From assembly GCA_964188305.1 (NCBI GenBank), contig OZ076892.1: a stretch of DNA of 64,000 nucleotides; one strand, written 5' to 3'. Source of the DNA: Podarcis bocagei. Lineage: Eukaryota. Shown one piece after another: positions 1 to 11,260 of this stretch. Position 1 is the first letter of the stretch. The number at the start of each line of letters is the position of its first letter. The position numbers were made by a program, and so were the translations under genes. The notes below the pieces were generated by a model, which did no database searches, had not been told where the DNA came from, and worked only from the letters and a program-made list of their open reading frames with translations.

Positions 1-41
1 AGCTACTTATCTCCTTGGCTTTGTGGGTCGCATCATGACTC

Positions 42-179
42 CATACCCTCCAACATTTCTCTGATGGAGATAGGGGTGTCCTAAAGAAAAACGGGACATT
101 CTGGTATCAAATCAGAAACTGGGACAGCTTCTGTAAATCTGGGACTGTCCCTGGAAAACAGGGACACTTGGAAGGTCTG
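42..179. mobile_element. Short non-autonomous DNA transposon (MITE, probably hAT)
   Basis: Imperfect terminal inverted repeats CATACCCTCCAA...TTGGAAGGTCTG with repeated internal GGGAC motifs; no clean TSD. Confidence 0.6.
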
Positions 180-261
180 GATTCCTGCATAACAGGGAGT
201 TGGACTAAATGACCATGTTCCTTGGCATCTCTTCCATCTCTACCATTCTATGATTCTATGA
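180..261 (+). mobile_element. CR1 LINE 3' terminus
   Basis: GATTCCTGCAT...GTTGGACTA...TTCC...ATTCTATGATTCTATG, the CR1 (ATTCTRTG)n tail. Confidence 0.8.
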
Positions 262-1494
262 ATGCAGGAAGGATCCCAGATGGGCCTCAACTCTGAAACC
301 TCCCTCTTAAAATAAAAATAAAAAGCTCACCCTTCCATCCACATCACTAAAATAAATGCAATACATAAATTACAGAAATGCTCTTAATTAATCTGGAATT
401 CAGAAGGAGGGAAAAGCCAATCAAAAGCAATCTATGGACTAATAAAGAGCAGGATATGACCAGTTTCTCTCTGGCATTTGTGGCTACACCTTCCTCAGTT
501 TTTGCACAACTGAAAGGTATATTTGCACACAGCCTCACATCCCAGCGCTTTTCAAGGGATCCCATTTTCTGCCAAGTGTTCAGTAATCTACTGATGTCCA
601 TGCACAGCACGTGTGAACCAGCTCAAAGAATCCATTATCCTGTGAAGACAAAGCATGCAGAATCAAAGCATCAGCCAAGATTTTGTTATCTCTTTTCTTA
701 CATCTTATCTTTGCTCTGCTAAAACCCCTGTGTTAACAAGTCTCGATAGTCATTATTTTTACAGATGGAGAGTCACACATCCTAGTGACAGAAATATAAT
801 AGTTTTGCAAACCATTATGCTTCCCCAACCAGGTCCCTATTTCACAAACTTGTCACCCATCCCTGAACTTTAACTGTGATAAGCGTTCCCACCCGCCCCA
901 CCTCCTGAGTTTGAAAAGGCTTTCTGGAATTATTTAACACTGCCTAAATGCCCATGAAATTTGATGGACAAAGGAATGGAAGGGATGAGAGTGCCCCCCT
1001 TGCCCCCGCACCTATGGATTGAAGACACAACACAAAGTGTAGGGTTTCAAGGATTGAATCCAGCTATGTCCTGCTCATAGTAGATCCACTGACACACAAC
1101 TCAAAGGACTGTTTTCACACAGCACCGCCGCACCGCCCCCCGCAACCCAGCTCTAGACTGGGCAGTGCCACCAGGCTGAATGAGTTTCCTTTTCTGAATA
1201 ACCAACACAGTGCCCATAGATCCGGGATGAAAATTTGGGTTCACCCTACTTCTGCTATTTCCTTGCTACACATCCTTGAAAAATCATTTGTAAAGCAGGA
1301 GACCAAGCACAACTGCATTTGTATTCCATAATCTTACTTCCACATCGCATTGAAGATTACTTGAGGGTTTTTTTGTTTTATTTCCTTCTCTGTGATCCTT
1401 ATCTTTCAATAAGGGCAAGAGGAATTAAATTTTACTTTGTTGGCTCTGTCAACCATGTGTGTAGAAATGTAGAAGTGGAAGAGACCTCAAGGCC

Positions 1495-1941
1495 TATGCG
1501 GCCTAGGACCCTCGTACCTACGAGACCGCCTTTCCTGGTATGTCCTATGGAGGACCTTATGGTTTTCAAACAAAAACATCTTGGAGGTCCCGGGTCACAG
1601 GGACTTTAGGCTGGCCTCACCCAGAGCCAGGGCTTTTTTGGCTGTGGCCCTGATCTGGTGGAACGCTCTGTCACAAGAGGCTACGGCTCTGCTGGACTTG
1701 ACATCTTTCCACAGGGCCTGCAAGACAGAACTGTTCAACCAGGCCTTTGGCCAAGGCACAGTCTGACCCCCTCCTTTGATAATCTTCACAGAACTCTAGC
1801 CCAGTGGTTGCCATTAATTTGATTCTGAATTGATTTTAGAATGCTGTGTTACTTTTACTGTTGTTAGCCGCTCTGAGCCCGGCTTCGGCTGGGGAAGGCG
1901 GGATATAAATAATTTTTATTTATTTATTATTATTATTATTA
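1495..1941 (+). mobile_element. L2-clade LINE 3' fragment with (ATT)n tail
   Basis: ORF 1581-1766 reads RAFLAVALIWWNAL...FHRACKTELFNQAF (L2 ORF2 C-terminal motif), followed by GTTAGCCGCTCTGAG...GGCGGGATATAAAT and an ATT tail. Confidence 0.85.
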
Positions 1942-2063
1942 TGAGAGCCAGTGTGGTGTAGTGGTTAAGAGTGGTTGTCTCCTAATCTGGGGAACCGGGT
2001 TCACGTCTCCGCTCCTCCACATGCAGCTGCTGGGTGACCTTGGGCTAGTCACACTTCTTTGAA
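1942..2063 (+). mobile_element. Squam3-like (MIR/Ther1-derived) tRNA SINE, 3'-truncated
   Basis: GAGAGCCAGTGTGGTGTAGTGGTTAAGAG (A box)...GGTTCACGTCTCC (B box)...GGGTGACCTTGGGCTAGTCAC (CORE); near-identical to the 5' half of 15633-15880. Confidence 0.85.
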
Positions 2064-2115
2064 AGAACGCACCCTAATGAGGCTACTATGTATTCCTGTT
2101 AAGATAAAGGTATGT

Positions 2116-2500
2116 GGGACATGGGTGGCACTGTGGTCTAAACCACTGAGCCTCTTGAACTTGCCAAGCAGAAGGCCGGCGGTTCAAATCCCCATGAGAG
2201 GGTGAGCTGCTGTTGCTCTGTCCCAACTCCTGCCAACTTAGCAGTTCAAAAGCACACCAGTGCAAGTAGATAAATGGGTACCGCTGTGGCAGGAAGGTAA
2301 ACGGCATTTCCATGCTCTCTGGTTTCTGTCATGGTGTTCCATTGCACCAGAAGCAGTTTAGTCATTCTGGCCACATGACCCAGAAAGCTGTCAGCAGACA
2401 AATGCTGTCTCCCTTGACCCGAAAGCGAGATGAGCGCTGCAACGCCATAGTTGCCTTTGACTGGACTTAACCGTCCAGGGGTCCTTTACCTTTACCTTTA
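2116..2500 (+). mobile_element. Sauria (Squam1) SINE, long subtype
   Basis: GGGACATGGGTGGCACTGTGG head, GTGCAAGTAGATAAATGGGTACC core, (ACCTTT)n tail; TATTCCTGTTA on both flanks (decayed TSD). Confidence 0.92.
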
Positions 2501-3064
2501 GCTATTCCTATTCCTGTTATGTGACCTGCCACCCCTTGGGGTTCTGCCGCCTGAAGCAGCTGTGAACCAGGCCTGCACTTCTCTCTCCTTCACTGCATTG
2601 TGTGGTGGGAGGGTACCCACAATACTTGAACCGAGTGTATGGTTTGTTTCTAAACTGGGAGTTGCTACTTAAATTTGAGCTCATAAGGGAAGGAGAGAGC
2701 TCATGGGCACGTGGCCATTTTTCATAGTGCCAAACCACAATTTGTCATCCTGTTACCCACATCCTCTGATAATATACTTGGGGACCCAGTTTGCAAAGAC
2801 AAGGACTATTTGTTTGCAAGGGCTGGTAAAAGAAACAGTCCCAAATGGCTTGTTCCATTTTTCTCTATTCTAATCACTCCTAACTTCTTTTCCTGATTTC
2901 TTTCTGTTTGTGCCTATAACCCTATATAACCTTTGGCATCAAAACCCCTGATCAGATCTCCTCAGTCAGCACCAGGCAACAGCCTTCACCCTCAGCCCCA
3001 GGGGAAGGTTTACCACGACGATGCCCTGGAGCGATGCTATGCCAGGCACACTCTGGGTTGTTGT

Positions 3065-3488
3065 TGTTGTCATCGTTGTCGTTTAGTCATTTAGTCGTGT
3101 CCGACTCTTCGTGACCCCATGGACCAGAGCATGCCAGACACTCCTGTCTTCCACTGCCTCCCGCAGTTTGGTCATGTATCTTCGAGAACACTGTCCAACC
3201 ATCTCGTCCTCTGTCGTCCCCTTCTCCTTGTGCGCTCCATCTTTCCCAACATCAGAGTCTTTTCCAGGGAGTCTTCTCTTCTCATGAGGTGGCCAAAGTA
3301 TTGGAGCCTCAGCTTCAGGATCTGTCCTTTCAGTGAGCACTCAGGGCTGATTTCCTTAAGAATGGATAGGTTTGATCTTCTTGCAGTCCATGGGACTCTC
3401 AAGAGTCTCCTCCAGCACCATAATTCAAAAGCACCAATTCTTCGGCGATCAGCCTTCTTTATGGTCCAGCTCTCACTTCCATACATCA
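3065..3488 (-). mobile_element. RTE-BovB LINE 3' fragment
   Basis: ORF 3172-3489: MYGSESWTIKKADRRRI.AFELWCWRRLLRVPWTARRSN...LRLQYFGHLMRREDSLEKTLMLGK (BovB C-terminus); (CAA)n-type tail; exact 11-bp TSD TGGGTTGTTGT at 3054-3064 and 3489-3499. Confidence 0.97.
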
Positions 3489-3869
3489 TGGGTTGTTGTG
3501 GGAAATGTTAAATGGAACATCATACCCACCTGCCATGATTGCAGGTTCTCTAGCAGCAGCCCAGTGATGTTAGATGCTGGTGCCAGGCCTGTCCACAAGA
3601 ACCAAACTGTGTGTTCTTGATTGGTTCGATTCTTTTCGCTTCAAAGCAACTTTATCACTTATACACACAACAGCTATTTGCAACACTACAAGCCCAATGA
3701 TGCAGTGCAATTTTCTCCAGATCAGAAATGCACAGATAGCCAGGTTTTTATGGACACTGGGGAATAGATAATATTTAACTAGGCAAAACAAGTTATGATA
3801 CACAAAGATTCTCAGTGTTAGGAAGGGAAGCCCTCTCACCCACCACAGTGGTGCTCTCAACTTGGAGTA

Positions 3870-4048
3870 CAGGAAGCTTATTTGTGTGATATCAGGACAC
3901 TGGTGCATAAAACATAGTATTGTCTGTACTGGCTGGCAGCCAATCACCAGGGTTTCAAATTGCGGTATTTCCAAGCCCTACCTGGAGATGCCAGGCATTG
4001 AACCCCGAGCCTTCTGTATGCCGTGAATATTCCCTACCACTGAACTGT
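3870..4048 (-). mobile_element. Old tRNA(Ala-like)-headed squamate SINE
   Basis: Reverse strand reads CAGTTCAGTGGTAGGG...AGAAGGCTCGGGGTTCAATGCCTGGCATCTCCAGGTAGGGC...GCTGCCAGCCAGT; same family at 28075, 28945, 29320 and 60020. Confidence 0.7.
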
Positions 4049-5307
4049 TATTTTCTCAGTCTACTTGATGTGATGTTGAAAGCAGCAAAGCTTCCCCATT
4101 GATGCCAGTGCACCAGGCATGGACTTCAAAAACCTCTAAATGTCTGTGCACAGTTGGAAGTCACGGCCAACACAAAGCCCCACAGCCTCAGTTAAAATGC
4201 TAAATTTGAGTTCCCAGCTCCAAAGGGATGTTGTCAGCTTAGATCTCTGCCACCCAAACCCTGAAGGATTGAGTTAGCACATGGTAAGCTTGCAAGGGAA
4301 ATTGACTAGAAAGGGAACAGTCAACTCTAGTTTGGGTGACTTGTCTTGATTCTGTTTGCCTCTGCTTAGCTTGTCTTCATGAGCTGAAAGCAGGAAGTTA
4401 ATATCGACATATTTCTGGATGCTGTCAGGAGCATATTGTGAAATCTAAAGCAAGATTTCCCATTCTGTACACTGGGGCATGCTAGGATGCAATGAGGAAG
4501 CAAGCAAATAATCAAAAGGACACTGGAAGCCCAAATCATCCATCTGCAGGGGAGGGTGTCCACTGTGTCTCTGCACAATTCATTGTTGTGGCCGTCTACC
4601 TGCTCCTAATCAGTCTGCACTGAGGTAATTCTCCCATTCCTTTCAGCCAGGGGTGATTTGATTCCTAGTTACTCCTGATGCAGAGATGCAGAGGAGTTAC
4701 CATCCTCTAAATTGGCAGCCCTCTGTTGTGTCTCTGCATGAATCATTGCTCTACCCTTGCCTCTTTCTGATTCGTCTCTGCTGAGAAGTGTGTTCTCTCT
4801 GTATGTCACATGACTGGCCCATTCAGAAATATAGTAGAATTGCATGCCACACTTCGTTATATCTCTTCAGCCTCTGCCACCCACCCTCTGCTGGTATGTC
4901 GCTCCAAGAAATGATCCTCACCAGTGTTCATTGGTTCCACAGCAGCCCTGAAGAATGTTGGGCCCTCATTACCTCTGGGATGAAGTGGATGGGAACTTGG
5001 CCATGGTTTGGGGGCCCTTCAGTTTATTTCAGCGAGCCCCCTTCCCACTGATGCACATAAACACATAAATAATGATGACAGAAGAAGTTCATATGTGACT
5101 CTAAGAACCTAAGAGCCTGATGGATAAGGTCTATGGCTTATCTTGCCCAGCATCCTGTTCTCACAGTGGCCAACCAGATTCCTGGGGGAAACCAGCAAGC
5201 AGGATTTGGGGACAAGAACAATTTCCTTTTCTGTGTGGTTTCCAGCAATTTTTATTTGGAAGCATTGATGCCTCCCAGCTGTGACAGCACAGCTATCATA
5301 GCTAGTA

Positions 5308-5705
5308 GGGACGCGGGTGGTGCTGTGGTCTAAACCACTGAGCCGCTTTGGCTTGCCGATCGGAAGGTTGGCGGTTCAAATCCCACAACGGGGTGAGCTC
5401 CCGTTGCTCAATAGGATACCAGATCCTGCCAACCTAGCAGTTAGAAGGAACACCAGTGCAAGTAGATAAATACCGGTAGGTACCTCTCCGGCGGGAAGGT
5501 AAACGGCATTTCTGTGCTCTCTGGTTTCCGTCGTGGTGTTCTGTTGTGCCAGAAGCAGTTTAGTCCTGCTGGCCACATGACCCAGAAAGCTGTCTGTGGA
5601 CAAAAGCCAGCTCCCTCAGCCTGAAAAGCGAGATGAGTGCCACAACCCCATAGTTGCCTTTGACTGGACTGGACCATCCGGGGGTCCTTTACCTTTTACT
5701 TTTAG
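5308..5705 (+). mobile_element. Sauria (Squam1) SINE, long subtype, nested in CR1
   Basis: GGGACGCGGGTGGTGCTGTGG head through GGGGTCCTTTACCTTTT tail; diverged TSD TATCATAGCTAGTAG / TACCATGGCAAGTAG. Confidence 0.92.
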
Positions 5706-6115
5706 CTTTACCATGGCAAGTAGGCATTGATAACCCTCTCCTCCATGAATTTGTCCAATCTTCTTTTAAAGTCATCCAGGTTGGCCTTCAGGGCTTCCTG
5801 TGTGAGATAGGTCCATAGTTTAACTATGCGCTTCATGAAGGACTTTCTTTCCTCTTTCCTGAATCTTCCAACATTCAGCTTCACTGGATGCTTATGAGTC
5901 CCTAGTGTTATGAGAGAGGAAGAAAATCTTTTCTCTATCCACTGTCTCCATGCCATGCAGAATTTTATAGACTTCTGTCATGTCTCCTCCTACTCACCTT
6001 TTCTCTAAACCAAAACAATCTGAAACACTGGAAATTATCTTTATAGATAATTCTATCATTCATTCACTTGATCATCTTGGTTGCCCTTTCCTGAAACCTT
6101 TCCAGCTCTACAATA

Positions 6116-6341
6116 CAGTGGTACCTCAGGTTAAGTACTTAATTCGTTCCGGAGGTCCGTTCTTAACCTGAAACTGTTCTTAACCTGAAGCACCACTTTA
6201 GCTAATGAGGCCTCCTGCTGCTGCCGCGCCGCTGGAGCATGACTTCTGTTCTCATCCTGAAGCAAAGTTCTTAACCTGAAGCACTATTTCTGGGTTAGCG
6301 GAGTCTGTAACCTGAAGCGTATGTAACCCGAGGTACCACTG
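6116..6341. mobile_element. Tc1/mariner (Tigger/pogo-like) MITE
   Basis: TIR CAGTGGTACCTC...GAGGTACCACTG, TA duplicated on both sides, internal TAACCTGAAG repeats; second copy at 46699. Confidence 0.93.
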
Positions 6342-6471
6342 TATCCCTTTTGAAGTGAGGCAACCAGAACTATATGCAGTATTCCAAACGCTGTCACACC
6401 ATAGATTTGTATAATGACATTATGACAGCAGCAGTTTTATTTTCACTTCTATTCCTAATGATCCCTGACAA

Positions 6472-6601
6472 GGAGTGGCAGAGGGGTATCTGTTGCTGGA
6501 CTCCATCTCCTATCAGCCCCATCCAGCATGACCAATGGTCAGGGATGATGGTAAATGAAGTCATTCCATACCTTGAAGGGCACCAGATTGGAGCAGGCTG
6601 A
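6472..6601. mobile_element. Short palindromic hAT-type MITE, decayed
   Basis: CTCCTATCAGCCCCATCCAGCATGACCAATGGTCAGGGATGATGG hairpin core shared with 40533-40665. Confidence 0.55.
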
Positions 6602-7461
6602 ACTAATTGGAATAGAAACATGTAACAATTGTGCATGGTATATACAAGATTGGGAAATATGAACAAATCAGAAAATTGTTTCCTAAAGCATCTGTTTCAG
6701 TTAAAGAACCAGGTGAATCTGAGCTCTGAAACTTGGATGCATCCTGAGGTTTTAGTATTCTTCTGCTTCCTTCAGCACTCCATGCAATTGAAACTATTCA
6801 TCTATAACATTTGTAGCCTATTAAGTGGGAAATACAAATTTCATAGCTACGGATTAGTCTGATCAATTTTCCTCTGCAAAACTAGCTGAGGTTTATTTGA
6901 TTTTTATTTTTTTAAGCAAGCGAGTAAACAAAATATAATAATAATCTCCAATTATGGTGCAGACCAGTATTTGGTGTATTCCATATTAACATGTCCTATT
7001 GGCAGTTTATCTCATACTCTATATTTTGCCAGGAGATGACAGCTAAACTCTCATAGCATGAGGGAACACCAAAGGAGTTGTGAGCCACAGTGTTAAGGGA
7101 GTAATGAGATCCTCTGTATGCCCAGAGGAAATTATCTATTTAATGCATTTCAGAAGATCCTGCTGGATCGGGACAATGGCACTTCTGCTTCAACATAGCT
7201 CTCACTGTGGCCAATCAGATGCTCATGAGAGGAAACTGGTATGCAGGATTCAAGCACGAGAGCACTGCCCCCTCCTGCAATTTCTTTTGCCCTGTTTCGT
7301 GCTGTGTATGCCTCAACTGTTCCCATTTACCAGGGGAAAACTCTACGTTTTGATACTTTTCTTTGATACATCACTGTCCCCGTTTCCCCCGCTTCCCATG
7401 TTTCCCTTTGGGAATACCTACTTCAAATGCTGTTCACTGAAGTTGCTAGAATTGCTGTTTT

Positions 7462-9365
7462 TCATGGTTCATAGTTGGAAGGGACCCCAAGAGTCATCTA
7501 GTCCAAACCCTTGCAATGCAGGAATCTCAGCTAAAGCATCCATGACTGATGGCCATCCAACCTCTGCTTAAAAACCTCCAAGGATGGAGAGTCCACCACC
7601 TCTCATGGGATCCTGTTCCACTGCTGAACAACTTTTTCTGTCAGAAAGTTTTTTCCCCGAATGTTTAGTCAGAATCTCCTTTCTTGCAACTTGAAGCCAT
7701 TGGTTTGAGTCCTACCCTCCAGAACAGGAGAAAACAAGCATGCTGTCTCCTCCATGTGACAGCCCTTAAGATATTTGAAGATGCCTATCATATCTCCTCT
7801 CAGTCTCCTCTTTTCCAGGCTAAACATACCCAGCTCCTTTAAGCGCTCCTCATAAGGCTTAGTTTCCAGACCCTTGATCATCTTGGTTGCCCTCCTCTGA
7901 ACACGTTCCAGCTTGTTAACGTCCTTCTTAAATTGTGGCGCCCAGAATTGGATACAGTATTCCAAGTGTGGTCTGACTAAGGCAGAATAGAGCGGTATTA
8001 TTACTTCCTTTGATCTGGGTACTATACTTCTGTTGATGCAGCCTAAAACAGCATTAGCTTTTTTGCTGCTGCATCACACTGTTGACTTGTGTTAAGCTTG
8101 TGGTCCACCAAGGCCCCTAGAACCTTTTCACATGTACTGCTATTAAGCCAGGTGTCCCCCATTCTATATTTGAGCATCTGATTCTTCCTGCCTAAATGCA
8201 GAACCTTACATTTGTCCCTATTGAAATTCATTTTGTTATCTTGCACCCAGTTCTCCAGTCTGTTGGGGTCATTTTGAATTTTGATTCTGTCTTCTGTGGC
8301 ATTTGCTACCCCTCCCAGTTTGGTATCATCTGCAAATTTGATGAGCATCCCCTCAATTCTTTCATCAAAGTCATTTATAAAGACGTTAAACAACCATGAG
8401 CCTAGGACAGAACCCTGCGGCACCCCTCTTGTCACTTTTTTCCAGGATGATGAAGAACCATTAATGAAAACTCTTTGGGTTTGGTCAGTCAACCAGCTAC
8501 GAATCCACCTAACAGTTACCTCGGTCAACCCACATTTTACCAGCTTCCTCGCAAGAATATAATGGGTGACTTTGTCAAAAGCCTAAATAAAATCAAGATA
8601 CATTATATCCACAGCATTTCCCTGATCCACCAAGTTTGTAAATCTATCAAAAAAGGAAATCAGATTGGTCTGGCAGGACTTATTTTTGAAAAAAACATGC
8701 TGGGTCTTAGTAATCACAGCATCCTTTTCTAAATGCTCACAGACTGACTGTCAAATTATCTGTTCTAGGACCTTCCCTGGTATCGATGTCAAGCTCACCG
8801 GTCGGTAGTTACCTGGGTCTTCCTTTCCCCCATTTTTGAAGATGGGGACATTTGCCCACCTCCAGTCTATAGGGACTGGCCTGTTCTCCAAGAATTCTCA
8901 AAGATAATAGACAAAGGCTCTGAAATTACATAAACAAGCTCCTTTAGTAGTCTTGGATGCAGCTCATCAGGCCCTGGAGATTTGAATTCATTTAAAGTAG
9001 CTAGGTATTTCCTTACTATCTCTTTTTCTATCTTGAGCTGCAGATCCTTCCTTACATCATTTATTCTGATTTTACCAGGCTGGGCATCACCTTCCTTTTG
9101 GGTGAAGAAAGAGGCAAAGTAGGTGTTAAATAATTCCGCCTTTTCTGTCACCCAATAGCATTTCTCCGTGTTCCCCATGTAGAGGACCTATTTGCTTGTT
9201 CTTCCTCTTTTTTCGGACATAGCCGAAGAAACATTTATTATTATTTTTAACCTCTCTTGCAAGCCTGAGCTCATTCTGAGCTTTAGCTAGCCTGACTTTC
9301 CCCCTGCAACTGTTGGCTACTCATGTATACTCCTCTGTGATTTCACCTTTCTTCCATTTCTTAGT
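7462..9365 (-). mobile_element. CR1 LINE, 5'-truncated ~1.9 kb, disrupted ORF2 (reverse transcriptase)
   Basis: Successive minus-strand ORFs: EKAELFNTYFASFFT...KSPGPDELHPRLLKEL (8867-9178), RGVPQGSVLG...KFADDTKLGG (8043-8528), [29 protein letters not shown] (7669-7965); broken by stops and frameshifts; CR1 3' UTR at 7462-7660. Confidence 0.97.
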
Positions 9366-9799
9366 TCATCTCCCTCCAGAGAATCCCAAGCTAGATGTCT
9401 GAGTGGGGCATGGATGTACATTTCAGAACTGAAGTGCACATCTGTTGTCAATGCATTGCACATGAATATTAGGTCCATACACATTTCACACCCAGCTAGC
9501 TGCCTGGAGCATATTTTGAAACTCTCGCAGGACACAGAAAAGGCAAAGAAAGCCACATTCATCTATATGTAAAATCCCCAAAGCCACAGACAGAAAATGT
9601 CCTTATCAAGACCCGCCAAGCCATCACAACATAGCAAGGAAGCTTTTCTGCTCTCCAGAAATCATAATTGGGTGGATGTTTTGCAAAGTGAGAATGAGGG
9701 AAGAGAAGCATACTACTGAAGTGTAAATGCTACACATGAGCAAGGAGAGTGTGGGACCTAAGCACAGGATGCTTCCTTTTTCAAAGAGTTGTTCTTCCT

Positions 9800-10152
9800 T
9801 AAGAACATAAGAGCCCTGCTGGATCAGGCCAATGACTCATTTGGAGCAGCATCTTGTTCTCACAGTGGCTGACCAGATGCCTCTTTTGGGAAATGCTCAA
9901 GGCCACTCTCCTCACATGTGTCTTCCAGCAACTGGTATTCAGAAGCATTTAGTGCCTCTGACCACTGAGGAAGAGCAAATCCATCTTGGCTAGTAGCCAT
10001 TGATAGCCATCTTCTCCATGAATTTGTCCAATCCTCTTTTAAAGCCATCCAAGTTGGTGGCTATCACTGTGTCCTGAGGAAGCAAGCTCCATAGTTTAAC
10101 TATACACTATGAATCACTACTTGAAGCACTACTTGCTTTTATTTCTCCTGAA
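9800..10152 (-). mobile_element. CR1 3' fragment (older lineage)
   Basis: AAGAACATAAGAGCCCTGCTGGATCAGGCC...CCATGAATTTGTCCAATCCTCTTTTAAAGCCATCCAAGTTGG; matches the 5101 and 57228 copies. Confidence 0.85.
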
Positions 10153-11104
10153 ATTAGTTACTTAACTGATTAAATATTTTGTTAGCCACCTAACACATAT
10201 GAGTCTCCAGATGACTTACAAGCAAGTATAAAAGCTTCTGAAATTCCATCAAATTCTTGGGTGATGTGAAAAATCTTAACCTGCAGCCAAAAGGATGTCA
10301 CTGCTGGCACCAGGCAGGACTCACCCCGGAGGAGACACAATTGTAGAGTTCTTCATTGCCACCATTTAAGCTTTTCTCAGAGAGGGCATGTGGAATAGGG
10401 GCCTTAGGTGATGCATAGAGGTGTCAGGCAGAGAGAATTTAGTATGCTTCTCTACGTTCTCCTTGCTCATGAGTAGCATTTACATGTGGGTAGATCACCT
10501 GCACAGGGCTAGATAGAGGACCCAGGTTGATGTATAAGCCATATAGTTTCCTTTGTAGGGTTGATTCGCCCCATATGGGCCCACTTAACCGCTTAGGTGG
10601 GTGGGTTCTCTGGCTTGAAGCAAAATATCACAAGCACCCAAGAAGCACACCTTTGCACAGTCTCAGCATGGACAATGATTTTTTTGTTCCTGAAATGTGG
10701 ATTGCCCTGGGTTTTCCAAGCAAAGAGCATCAGTACCATGGACAGCTCCATGCAGATCTTGGGGACTTGTGGCTCTCCATTAAGAATGCAAGTAACTTGC
10801 AACTTATGTGAGGGTTCCATTCCAGGTGTCCACACATAAATGCAAAATCATGTAAAGCTAGGAACCCCCAGAACTGTGCCCCCCATGACATCTCTACCTG
10901 TCTGGAGCCCTCCACCTCATTTACTGGGCTCTGGGAAGGATGTGCTCTAGGATGCTCCTCCTGCGACCTTCTCGGAGGTTGGTAAGCAAGGCGGAGGGCT
11001 TAAAAAGCTCTTTCTACAACAGGCTTTCCATGCTCTCCATTTATTTATTTTCCCGTCACCTGCATAAAGTTGTGATTGCGTAAGTTTAATAAGCAAAAGA
11101 TGTG

Positions 11105-11260
11105 AATTACCTGTATAAGAAGAGCCCTTTGGCCAAATCAATTCAAAGAATTATCTAGTCCATGATCCTTTTCTCAAAGAGGCCAAGCAGATGCCTATGG
11201 ACCTGAGCACAAGAGCACTCTCCCTTCTGGAGTGATATTCAAAGTCACACTGCCCCCTCT
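11105..11260 (-). mobile_element. Degraded CR1 3' UTR fragment
   Basis: ATAAGAAGAGCCC...TCTAGTCCA...GGCCAAGCAGATGCCTATGG. Confidence 0.6.

Larger units (their letters stand above)
5101..6470 (-). mobile_element. CR1 LINE 3' fragment (older lineage), interrupted by a Sauria SINE and a MITE
   Basis: AAGAAC.TAAGAGCCTG..GGAT terminus; ORF 5708-5956 THKHPVKLNVGRFRKEERKSF...DFKRRLDKFMEE (CR1 ORF2 end); ORF 6394-6666 ends in VIMSLYKSMV. Confidence 0.88.

Noticed and set aside
7669-9178. Active reverse transcriptase gene or novel RT system
   Set aside because: Ordinary 5'-truncated CR1 ORF2 broken by stops and frameshifts, with no endonuclease domain.
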